Positions 13,672-25,070 of a stretch of DNA of 64,000 bases are shown here, in pieces. Every line of letters begins with the position of its first letter. The first letter of the stretch is position 1. A program made the translations under genes and the position numbers. The DNA is from Eledone cirrhosa (taxonomy: Eukaryota). Below the pieces are notes generated by a model. The model was not told the origin of the DNA, did no database searches, and was given only the letters and a program-made list of their open reading frames with translations. The DNA lies in contig OZ024751.1 in assembly GCA_964016885.1 (NCBI GenBank), positions 6,200,001 to 6,264,000 of the forward strand. The letters are read 5' to 3'.

Positions 13672-13946
13672 TTCTATCTGGTCTCCTTATATCACATCCT
13701 ATTTATAAGAATGTACAATGAGAGTCTGTTCGACACATTTTATCACAAAATATTTTATAATGAAACGTATACAATGTACTTAGAAAATATTTCTAGAATT
13801 AACGTGTACCCACCACCTGTAAAATTATTCTGCCTTTACTCCCTCTTTAAATTGTAGTTTACATCGTTCATTAACGGTCCTGATAAACTAACATGGTTAG
13901 TGAATTGCGATTTTGCTTTCCTCTAAACATTAATTGCATTTCGATG

Positions 13947-14069
13947 CATTGCCATTCTGAGTTCAAATCCCGCCGAGGTTAACTTTGCCTTTTATCATTA
14001 CTGGGTCGATAAAATAAAGTACCAGTAATGCACTGGATAATTACCGGCCTTGTGCCAAAAGTAGAAACT
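13947..14069 (+). mobile_element. 5'-truncated SINE with an 18-bp TSD
   Basis: TSD attaatt(g/a)catttcgatg at 13929-13946 and 14070-14087. Confidence 0.9.
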
Positions 14070-14348
14070 ATTAATTACATTTCGATGTAAATCCTTATTT
14101 TGCAGTAATTAAGAGGTGTGTACTCTTCTTGCGTTTTAAGACGCTGTATCTGAGCTGTCGAAAAATTATCTGAATAATATATGAATATTTATTAATAGTT
14201 CTGAACATACTTTATGGAAGTTGACAAGTGGAAAGAAATAAGTGACCTATTTGGTTCTTAAATTATCAAAATATAATCACATTATTTTACTTTGAAATAT
14301 GGCTAATTCATTTAGATAACTTTATTAAATAAATATAAGTTAAGATTT

Positions 14349-17110
14349 TGCAGCACCACGAATAGACGGAAGAGGGGCCGGAACTGTTCGGGATGCGGCT
14401 GCTTCCACCACTTTACCTGTGTTGGCTTGACGTGTCGAGCTTCCAGTGCCCTCGCAGCGTGGAGATGCAGAAACTGTCTCTTCCACTCGTCTGCCCAGCC
14501 ACGGCCGTCTGGCACTCAACCAGATGAGACAGCGAGCTTACCTGACGCCCAAGCCTCACTGGTCAACATCGCTCGGCTCAGTCGGCTCCGGAAGATCCCA
14601 CGCAGGATCCCGAGAGCGACCCGGGTGCTGGTAGCCTATGCCCTCGCTTCCTCGATTGAGAGCGCCCTGGAACCAATCGAGCCAGAGACTGGGAACGACT
14701 CTTCTATTTCGCCCCACTCGCCTCGGCCTCTAAGCTCTGGCTCGGTCGACAGCAGTTTTTGTCAAGGCTAATGTTTCGTCCTTTGAGCAAGCGCACGTTC
14801 CAAGCGTACCTAGGGACGCCACACACCCGACCCTCGGGTAGCCCTAATCCTCCAGCCCTGAGACCCGCGCCAAGCGTTTGCATGAACGCGTAAATGACGA
14901 ATTAATCATGGGTCATGTCTCGGCCGCAGTCAGAATGGTTGTCTCAGAGGTCACTGTCCTCCAACCCAACGAGGAGGTCCTGGCTGCCCTGCAACTCAAA
15001 TACCCTGAGCCACCCGCTTACCTCAAACCCATACCCCCCACCCGATCCCCACTTGCTCCTTGTGGCCTCCGACGCAGACATCATGTCCGCCATCATGTCC
15101 TTCCCAGCTAGCAGCAGTGGAGGTGCTGACGGTCTCCGAGCAAGCCACCTCAAGGTGTTGCTATCCCCCCCTCTCCGCCGAGGCCGGGTGCCGCCTTCTG
15201 AGTGCAATTGTGGCATCACCAATAGACTTATCCATGGTGCCCTTGACCCTCACGCCCGAGGCCTCTTTTTTTCGGCTAGCCTCACCGCTCTCAGGAAGAA
15301 AGATGGTGGCATACGCCCCATCGCTGTGGGCAATGTCTTCCGGAGGCTGGCTGCCTAGGTGGTCTGCAGGTCCATAAAACCCGAACTGGGTGAGGAGTTC
15401 AGTCCGGTGCAACTGGGTGTCGGCGTGTCCAGCGGCTGTGAGGGGGCCGCACATGCAACCAGGCAGTTCTTCAACAGTTGCCCAGCGGAACCGGCATCCA
15501 GGGAATCCAGGCAACTCATTGTCAAGCTTGACACGAGGAATGCCTTTAACTGCTTACGCCGGGACCATCTGCTCGATACCTGCCTCAGCCGAGCCCCCTC
15601 TGCCTACCCGCTGGCCCACCTGTCGTATGGAGCCCCGATCATGCTCCTTGCTGCTGATACAGTCATAGCATCGGCCACTGGCGTCCAACAGGGCGACCCT
15701 TTGAGCCCCCATCTGTTTGCCCTTGGTATAGACCACATCTCCCTGAATATCACGCCCCCTCTCAACGTTTGGTATCTGGATGATGTTACGCTATGCGGGC
15801 CCGTACAGATTGTCTGCCATGACCTACAATCGGTGGTTCCTGCCCTGGCAGAAATCGGCCTCCAAGTCAACTCGGCAGGTCAGAGGTGGTGAATGCCAGC
15901 CACGATGCTAAGAGCTTTGCAGCCTCCGTCCTGCGCGTGCAGTCCATTCTTCCCCAGGCACAGGTGACCCCCAAAGAGTAGGTCTTTCTCCTAGGGCCAA
16001 CGATCCACCCGCCTGCCATCCGCTCCACCATAAGGTTCAGGCTTCAATAACTCCAGACCCTCACGAGCCGACTGCGACTGATCGACGGCCACCCAGCTCT
16101 CTTTCTGTTGAGGATCTGCTTCGCCATGCCAAAGCTCCTCTATACCCTTCATGCGCTCCGTGCTACACCCACGCATCTCTCCTCGCTGACCTCGATACTT
16201 GTATCCAAGCAGCAGCCGAGGAGATATGCAACGTCAGGTTTGTCGACATTGGATGGCAACAAGCCATTTTATCTGTCAGGTATGGCGGAATTGGCATCCG
16301 GTCCCCGATCTCACTGGCTTTGCCGGCGTTTCTTTCATCGGTAACCACATGCCGCGTCCTTGTCAGCAGGGTTCTCCAAAACACAATATAACGTTCTGTG
16401 TCCAGAGAAGGTGAGGCCGCCTGTGAGACGTGGGACCGGCTGGAACTTAGCCCAGTAGACGTCTCTCCTCCCTCTGCCACCGCTGACGTCAAGTCCCCCC
16501 AAAGCCCTTGGGATGACTTCCAGTGCAACCTGGCTTCCGACAGGCTCACGCGCTAGCTCGACCATCACCGCCTTGCCTGTTTTCATGCGGCCTCCAAACC
16601 CCACAGTGGTGCCTGGCTCTATGCTCTTCCCTACTTCTCCACTGGCACGTAGCTAGATAAAAATAGCCTGCGCATCGGCGTTTCCTTGAGGCTCAGCCTA
16701 CGGGTCTATGAGCCACACCAATGTCGCTGTGGATCCACCGTGGACTCTTTCGGCCTCTACCCGCTTTCCTCTCGCCACAGTGTCGGCTACCTTCCACACC
16801 ACGCTGCACTCAACGAGGTCATAAAGCACGGCTTGGACGCTTCAGGCTTCCCTTCCCAGGTCGAGCGGGTGGGGCTGGACCGAGGGGACGGCAAAAAGGC
16901 CAGATGGCATGACCATCTTCCCGTTCCGCGGTGCCACTTGCACCGACACCTTCTGAAACCGCACCCTTTTGCCCAACCACTATAGGTGCTGAGCTGGTCA
17001 GCCGCAGGTGTGAGGCCTACGAGTTGGAATGGCTTTTTCAGCACGTCTTCCTTCCAGTCCTCCGGGGAAACGCCTTTTCTATTCTGTCCGCCGGGGCTGT
17101 GGGGAGACAA
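14349..17110 (+). mobile_element. CRE-like non-LTR retrotransposon (GC-rich), N-terminal PHD finger, decayed
   Basis: Motifs KDGGIRPIAVGNVFRRL, QLGVGVSSGCE, KLDTRNAFN, GVQQGDPLSPHLF, WYLDD and CRCG...HAALNEVI. Frameshifts and stops are present. GC content rises sharply relative to the flanks. Confidence 0.85.
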
Positions 17111-18124
17111 TTACGAATTCTGTTGAATAGTCTTAAATACAAGACACCGCTGTGTCGTTCTTCGGAATAGTACTACAAACATCCCTCCCTTCACTCTCTC
17201 TATCATACAGCTACTTTGTAGTAGATTTGTCTGTTAATTTGAGCTCGTACATGCTTTAATAGCTAACTCTTTCCCTCTGGTGGTCAGTTGTAGAACAACA
17301 GTTATTTATAGCTATCTGTGTACCTATCTACCTTTTGGAATCTAGCTGGGGAAGAAATGTTAATGATACACACTAACGTAAGCTTTAAATTGTTTCTGGC
17401 TTTAATACTGAGCTGTTGATAATATATCAGTTTTCTGGAATAGAATGTATTGTTTTGCTCATATGACATAAATATTAATTTGGCGACATAAAGCTGTCAT
17501 CATTTATTCCATTTCTAACCGTGTAGTTAAATACATGTGATGGAACAGACATTGAAGCCAACATACCCGAAATATGGTAATATGAGTTTTAAACAGGAAT
17601 AGTAATTTCTTAAATTAAATTTCTCATATATTTCTCGGCCATGCCATTCAATATTTTACTATAGAAATCCAACAACATTCAACATTATTATCAGGTGATA
17701 TTTTAACAGGCCGCTTTATTCTTGTGTATTAACATAAATACAAAACATTCTACTTTTAATATAATCACATCAGACACCTATTAATATATATAATTTAAAC
17801 AAACTCCCCTAACCGCACACGGTTAACACATTTACAAATGTAGTTACGTTTTCATAAATTACTTCATGTTTATTTATATCTTCCAATATATGTTCTTCTA
17901 TTCTGTAACAACTCTACCAATTCAAAGAACACTGTTACTTTTATAAATGAAAAGGTCTACATTTATAAAATGTTCATTGTTCATTACCTTTTTTAGAAAA
18001 TACAACTGAGTAGTGGTTCAAATATTTATTATATGTTCCCACAAGCTCGTCTACGTGAGTTAAAGTTATGAATTTGGGTAGATACATATTTGAAATTATA
18101 AAATGTATTCATGAAATGTTATTT

Positions 18125-18460
18125 GCGGTGGAATTACCCGCCGAGGTTAGCTTTGCCTTTCATAGTAACAGAGTCGATAAATAAAGTACCAGTGACGCAC
18201 TGGGGTCGATGTAACCGAAATTCGCCTCTTCTAAACCTGTTGGCCTTGGGGCTAAATCAAAAAACATTATTTGCTGTGGATTGGCACTATCGGTGGGGCG
18301 TCGGACAACATGTTTCACGGCGTATAGTTACGGCCCTTTACGTTCTGAGTTCAAATCTCGCCGGTGTTAGATTTGCCTTACGGTGTCGATGAAATGAAAT
18401 ACTAGTAACGTGATAGTTTCAATTTAATCGACTTTCACCGCAAAAAAGTCGTTGGCTACA
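18125..18460 (+). mobile_element. Two adjacent diverged SINE copies
   Basis: ccgccgaggttagctttgcctttcat and ggattggcactatcggt...ctgagttcaaatctcgccg. Confidence 0.7.
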
Positions 18461-18966
18461 CCATTATTTGCGAACTTAATTAATTCATAATACTCTCTCT
18501 GAAACCATATTTAGTCATATATAGCAGTATCCACTACCTTTCCGGATTATATTAGGTCAGTGACGATCGAATGCCGCTTTTCCAGTTTTTGATCAGAAGC
18601 AGTGCTGAAAATGTACTGGCTTAAGGGTATCGCGCAAGGGTAAAGCTGTTACCTTTGCAGGGGAGGTGAATCTGACATGGGAATATGTTGAACAAAATCA
18701 TAATTACCTGATCCGCTTCTACTTTCTTTCATCCATAGCCATGAACTTTTCAGCACCCCGGTATATAGTAAGTCGAGGGAGGATGTGGGGATGAAAGAAG
18801 CAGTGAGGTCATTACGTTATTGTTCAACGGTTTATATTGAGGTAGTTTTTATATTTTTCTAGCTAAAGCCCTGAACCGTCCACAAAAGTTATATATATAT
18901 CTATCTATATATACACACACACACACACATATACCCACACACACACATGTACATATACACACACAT

Positions 18967-19014
<48 letters not shown>

Positions 19015-19040
19015 GAAAAACTCAGATTTACATTTATATA

Positions 19041-20056
19041 CTAGCATTAAAGCCCGGCGTTGCTCGGGGTCATTAAGTTACCAAAGTTAGGTTGCACCAC
19101 CTATTTTATGGCAGCACTTTTTTGGCTGCCAGGCACTGGGTGAATGAATTGCAGACCTGGAAGCTTGAGCTGCGCCAGCAGTGACAATTGTAGTTTCGCC
19201 TATGGATATTATCTCTGTGCAAAAAAGTGTTGAAATTTATTGTTTCACAGTACTTGCGCAACACGCGCGTAGACGATGCCAGCCGAACAACAGAGCTGCG
19301 ATGGAGTTGTTCTGCATGGTTGTCTGTGTGTTTTCTAAATTTAAGACAGTAGGGAGGGTTGTGATATGAGGGAGAGTTAGCTGTTGTTTCTAGCAGGTTT
19401 AGTGACCTCATAGAGGATATGTGTTTTCTAAATTTAAGACAGTAGGGAGGGGTGTGATATGGGAGAGAGTTAGCTGCTGTTTCTATCAGGTTTAGTGACC
19501 TCATAGAAGATATGTTTTCTAAATTTAAGACAGTAGGGAGGGGTGTGATATGGGGGAGAGTTAGCTGCTGTTTCTAGCAGGTTTAGTAACCTCATAGAGG
19601 ATATGTGTTTTCTAAATTTAAGACAGTAGGGAGTGGTGTGAGGAGGGGTGTGATATGGGGGAGAGTTAGCTGCTGTTTCTAGCAGGTTTAGTAACCTCAT
19701 AGCGGATATGTGTTTTCTAAATTTAAGACAGTAGGGAGTGATGAGAACGGACAGTATCACCACCAAGCTTGGAAAGAGAAAGTAGCAGAAAGTATGAAGT
19801 TGTATAAATTTTGAATGGTAGTAGAAAGAGTTCAGCAGTTTAAATGAGAGAGAAAAATCGTAAAATATTGAGTTTTATCTATTTTTTGCGTAATTATGGG
19901 TGAAATTGAAAAAAATGATCTATGCCAAGACGCAATTGAAACTATTTCGAATACTGAATTGTAAATTTCAATTGAAGAAATTCTATATCGTAGATTTCTA
20001 TAATATTCGATTCGTTTGCAGTTATGCAAACAGCCTCTTTAAATTATGTAAATAGA
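19041..20056 (-). mobile_element. Non-autonomous Helitron-like element with an internal minisatellite
   Basis: The minus-strand 3' end reads cccgagcaacgccggg (hairpin)...CTAG|T at 19069-19040. A putative 5' TCTATTTACATAAT lies at ~20056. Confidence 0.6.
19325..19740. repeat. ~90-bp minisatellite, about 4.5 copies
   Basis: Repeated tgttttctaaatttaagacagtagggaggggtgtgatatgggggagagttagctg... Confidence 0.92.
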
Positions 20057-20617
20057 ATGACCTCGTCATTCTTGATTTTGTGTTGGCATATAAACAGAAA
20101 GGCAGTCACTAATGTTTGTGGGTGATTACCCTTCATCAGTACTGTATACTGCTTACCTGCCAACTGTGAGAGTTAGTGAAAATATTTGATAGTTTCTGGA
20201 ATACACAGTGAGTGATCGCCCTGATTTGCATATTAACAGAATGGTTGATCAGTTAGATCTGCATATTAGCAGACCCACTGATCAGATTTGCATATCAGCA
20301 CATATGCCAGTGAGTTTCATGTATACGAGCGATTAATCGTCGGCTTTGCCATATTTAAATAACTATCAAGTAGTTTTATCACTCTACATAGCTGTATACA
20401 AGAAATGCAAATATGAGTTTTTCGAATATTAATAATAGTATTCGATTCGTTTAGATTATGCAAACAGCCCTTTTACATTTCTTGTATTCAGCCATGTGGA
20501 GCAATAACACTATTTGTGTTATATATAAATATATATATATATATATTTATTTAGGGATTGTAACGTGCAGCTATTGTCAGCACTCCATGCGTACTTTCCA
20601 GTAAGTATAGTGTAATA

Positions 20618-20926
20618 GTAAGCAGAGTGTAATAGTGGTAATAATAAAAAGGACGATTTTTTATGTCTTCATTACGTTTATTGGGTAGTGATGCGCGTTT
20701 CGCTATTGATCAGCCCAAGTTTCGATCTGTATTGACCTAGTCCGACTCTGAAATCTGTTTTGGTAATGACAGAAATCCGGCGAGCTTTTGATTTCAGAGT
20801 CGGGCTAGATCGATACAGATAGAAACTTGAGCTGATCAATAGCGAAACGCGCGCCACTACTCAATAAACGTAATGAAGACAAACACATTTGTCCTTTTTA
20901 TTATTATCACTATTACACTTTGCTTA
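20618..20926. repeat. Fold-back inverted repeat, ~135-bp arms
   Basis: 20618-20755 is the reverse complement of 20791-20926. Confidence 0.9.
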
Positions 20927-20942
20927 GTACTACACCTCTATA

Positions 20943-21051
20943 GTTCAAATCCAGCTGAGGATAACTTTGCCTTTCATCCTTACGGAGTCAATCAAACAAA
21001 GTACAAGTAATGCACTGAGATAATTGCTGGCCTTGTGCCAAAAGTAGAAAC

Positions 21052-21056
<5 letters not shown>
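20943..21056 (+). mobile_element. 5'-truncated SINE
   Basis: gttcaaatccagctgagg...gtagaaacaattata. Confidence 0.85.
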
Positions 21057-21103
<47 letters not shown>

Positions 21104-21379
21104 CGTTTTTGAATTTATTTGCGAGGTCACAGAATGTGTGAGGAAAGAGCTTTGACAATATATAAGCAACCTTCCGGTTATCAAACCAACTAAACCGCTA
21201 ACTAATAATAAATTGAAGTGAAAACTAACAGGTGCATGTGTTTTATTGGCAGTATGACGCTCCTACAGTATAACATTATATATACATATATACATATATA
21301 CATACACACATATATATATATATATATACATATATATATACATATACACATATATACACACACACACATATATATATAT

Positions 21380-21570
21380 AATCGCTGCTTTCACCCTTAA
21401 TGGGATCTTCTGGAAGATCCCGTTAAGGGTGAATGCACCGATTCTTTACTTAAACTTTAATCTGTTATTTTAATAAATATTTGCTCTACGGTTCTTATAT
21501 ATTTGATATATATTTATCCTTATCGAGCCCTCTTTGGATTTTAGTCTTCAAATTTATTATTATTACTAAA
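21380..21570 (+). repeat. HHR-like pLTR fragment folded back at the ribozyme core; second copy at 45701-45905
   Basis: aatcgctgctttcacccttaatgggatcttc|tggaagatcccgttaagggtgaatgcaccgatt. The downstream sequence is shared with 45760-45905. Confidence 0.7.
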
Positions 21571-21722
21571 TATATATATATTTATATATATATATATATT
21601 CAATTTGTTGGTAATTCAACAAATATAAATGTTTATAACTGATTGAGAGCACTCGACAGTTTTCTGGGGTATAATATTCAATGATATTAAATAAATGGAA
21701 ACTATATTTATAAAACCATATT

Positions 21723-21785
21723 TATTCTATTATATATATATTTCAAGGGTACCAAAACTTTGGTACGCTCTCATCAGATAAAATA
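21723..21785 (-). ncRNA. Minimal type I hammerhead ribozyme
   Basis: Reverse complement reads tattttat-CTGATGA-gagcgtaccaaagttttggtaccctt-GAAA-(ta)n-atagaata. An inverted copy lies at 24943-25003. Confidence 0.8.
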
Positions 21786-22535
21786 CAAAGTTTGTTTTAT
21801 AATTCTGTTTTAAGATTAATAGAGTTTTGACAGTTAATTATATAACAAATTTCGTCGATACACAAGTTACAGAATCTTAAAAAAGCCATATTTCGGTATA
21901 CAGGTGCTTTTGAAATCGTTCCCCAAGATATTGAATAGTCTATATTGTTGTCGTTTAAGTTCCAAATTAAATGTGAAATTAAAGTGGAAGATTTTTTATC
22001 GGATCTATTAAATGTGTGTTTATGGTTATAGCAGATTTCTTTGAATTTTGTAGAAGTGGCACCAATATAGTTAAATGCTTTGCCTCTAGTTTTAACTGCG
22101 CATTTATAAATTACGTTTTTGTCTAAGCAATTATTTTGCACAGGGCAGTTTGATTTAATTCTACAGTTACATTTTCTGGAGTTGTTGTTATTCGGTACGG
22201 TACTATTATTCTGAATATTGTTATTAGAAATATTCTTATTGCTATCTTGGTTTGTTTGGTTAGGGTTTAAATTTATGTTTCTATTATTAATTCTATTTAT
22301 ATTTTGTGCTATGTTCATAGTAATAGAGTAGGATAGTTTTATAGTGTGTCTGTTAAAAATAGAGTGGTATCTGTGGCCTTTAGGGAAACATTTATCTAGT
22401 GCTTTAAAAAATAGCTTTGCTAAAGGTGTTTGCTTAATGAGAATGGGGGAGAGTACCAAATAATATTTCTAGTTCTAGCTTTTTTGTTTGGTTTAGTGTT
22501 TAAGTTGAATTGTTTAATATTATTATAATTAATTA

Positions 22536-22721
22536 GCGGTGGATTGGCAGTATCGGTAGAGGGTTGGACGCCATGCTTTGAAGCACAGAGTTACCTCCCT
22601 TTATGATCTGAGTTCAAATCCCGCCGAGGATGACTTTACCTTTCATCCTTACGGGGTCGATTAAATAAAGTACCAGTAATACACTGGGATCATTGCTGGC
22701 CTTGCGACAGATATAGAAACA
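22536..22721 (+). mobile_element. Full-length SINE with a 16-bp TSD, inserted in the PLE
   Basis: TSD attattataattaatt at 22519-22534 and 22722-22737. Confidence 0.92.
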
Positions 22722-23575
22722 ATTATTATAATTAATTCTAGGATGATTTGTCATGTTATTGTTATCTATGTATTTTATTTTATTCGAGTATCCTGCTCTA
22801 TGTAAAGCTTCATTGTAATATTCTGCCTTATCATCAAAAATATTTTTATTAGCAGAGATGCGTGAAATCCGTTGTTGGACGCTATTGACAATAGTGTTTT
22901 TTCATATTTCTAGGATGATTAGAATTGAAACTTACGTAATTTAGATTTTCGTTAATTTTATGGAATGGATAGTAAAGACCTGTGCAAAGGTTTAAGGTTA
23001 CATCTAAGAAGTTAAAGATTTTATAATTATACTCGATTTCTAAATTAAGGTTGTAGTTGTTGAAAAATTGTATTATGGATTTCCCTTTCCTATTAATTTC
23101 ACTATTGCTATGGTTTTCAATTAAAAATAACATATCGTCGCGATATAAACCTCCTGTCATCTCTGGCATTTTCCTGTGCCGTACATTATTAATAAATAAT
23201 CCAACGAGTCCGTTACTTGCGCCGAGTCAGATGATCCCATAGTGGTATCAAAATTGTTTTCTTCAGTACCGTTCTATAGTTTAAGTTGTGATTTTTCTTT
23301 CAGTAGTTGAATAATTATATCTGATAGGTGCTTGCTAATTATGCCTTAGTCCGATTTAGATGGTTCGATGGGTCTGACTGGTAGTTCAATTTCAAAATTT
23401 CTTTTGTGGTCCTTCAGGTTAATCGTCAGTTTTCTAGGTATAAAGGGTTCGGTCCTATTTTGAATGCCTAATTTATAAATAATTTCCGAAGCTTCCCTAT
23501 TTAACGTTGAAAGATCTTCATTTGATGTTATTTTGTAGTTTTTCCTGAGTCCTTTCAATATAAGATTATTATATT

Positions 23576-23757
23576 CGGTGGATTGGCAGTATCAGTAGAG
23601 GGTCGGACGCCATGCTTTGCAGCATAGTTACGACCCTTTACGATCTGAGTTCAAATCCCGCCGAGGTTGACTTTGCCTTTAATCCTTACGGGGTCGATAA
23701 AATAAAGTACCAGTAATGCACTGGGTAATTGCTGGCCTTGTGCCTAAAGTAGAAACA
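23576..23757 (+). mobile_element. Full-length SINE with a 13-bp TSD, inserted in the PLE
   Basis: TSD attattatattcg at 23565-23577 and 23758-23770. Confidence 0.92.
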
Positions 23758-25070
23758 ATTATTATATTCGTCCTTTTCCATACCATATAAATTATTTGTT
23801 TTGTCAGATTTTACCAGGATCTTCTTTGTTTCTTCTAGATTGTCTATGTTATTCTTGAGTCCTTTAAGGCACTCCTGGCCGATAAATTGGTTTCTTTTGA
23901 ATTTAATGTTTTATATAATAGAGATTACTTCATTTTCAAATTCGGCTAGTAGTTTGTTGCTAGGTGGATTCTTCTTAGATTTCAAGATAAGATCGAAGTT
24001 GTAACTGGATTTATTTATTTTCTCCGATTTTTAATCAAAATGGAAAGCACGCCATCTAAGTCTTCGTATAAAGGAGTCAGATTTCTCTATGAGATATTTT
24101 AGATATTCCTTATTTTTAGGTAAGAAGAAATTAATCTCACATAAAATAATATATAATGTTCTCTATATATTATCTGAGTAAATCATTCATCAAATTTAAC
24201 GGTTAACAAATAAGGTTAGAGTTATCTTTTCCTTTTCAATCGTGCAAAGATAAATATTATATTATAATATAATATGTATGATAAACTATATAACCTCTCT
24301 AAATTAACCATATTCTGAAAACATTTTCACTGTTGAAACAAAATATTTGAATCTACAAATTATTCTCCTCTTACAACTTGAACTACGTGTTTTTAATGTA
24401 AAATGCAAAATCAACAACCTTCGTAACTCATATTAGAAATGTAAACAACTACTAACTGTAAATTATTTCTATTTCTATAATACTTATACATGCACAATTA
24501 TTAATCTATATAGATACTTATATACTTACAACCTATTGTAATGTAATAAGATAACATCTACTTACAACCATAATTCTTCATATAACCTAATTGATTATAT
24601 ATAAAATATATAACTCATAATATAGCTAAATAAAATTAAATTGTGGAATCATATTCCACCATTCGGGCAAATTGTTAATTCCTTTTAAATTAACGTAAAT
24701 ACAAGCTCTTCTTTTTTCTTTTCTTTTTCCTAATTATACAGACATATATTCTAATTATTTAAATTCTGCATAGCGTCTAAAAATAACGTTTTTCCAGCCC
24801 TATACCTCAACCTCATTTGCATACCCATCTTAATAGTTTGAAATATCTGACATTTCTTCTCTTTTCTTTCACTATCCAAGAAAAACTTGAACCGTTAAGG
24901 TATCTTTTCTTGGTTATGTCAAAATTTATAAAACAATCTTTGTATTTTATCTGATGAGGGCGTACCAAAATTTTGGTACCCTTGAATTATATATAATAGA
25001 ATAAATATGGTCTTATAAATATAGTTTCCATTTATTTAATATCATTGTATACATATATATATATATATAT

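Larger units (their letters stand above)
21600..25027 (-). mobile_element. Near full-length Penelope-like element (Hydra-type architecture) with an inverted 5' pLTR, an internal RT deletion and two SINE insertions
   Basis: Minus strand: LPKNKEYLKYLIEKSDSFIRRLRW (~24125), LKDHKRNF...SKSD, FDTTMGSSDSAQ, GLYRDD, CNCRIKSNC and NVIYKC...YIGAT. Bases 21679-21808 are the reverse complement of 24922-25027. Confidence 0.9.

Noticed and set aside
19325-19740. Repetitive ORFs 19106-19766 as a protein gene
   Set aside because: They are translations of a ~90-bp minisatellite with frame-changing indels.
20820-20860. Hammerhead in the 20.6-20.9 kb palindrome (gct-gatcaat-agc-gaaa-cgcg)
   Set aside because: Only the 3' half fits; there is no CUGANGA core in either arm.
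23576-23665. tRNA genes
   Set aside because: The A/B boxes belong to SINE heads; there is no cloverleaf and the SINE body follows.
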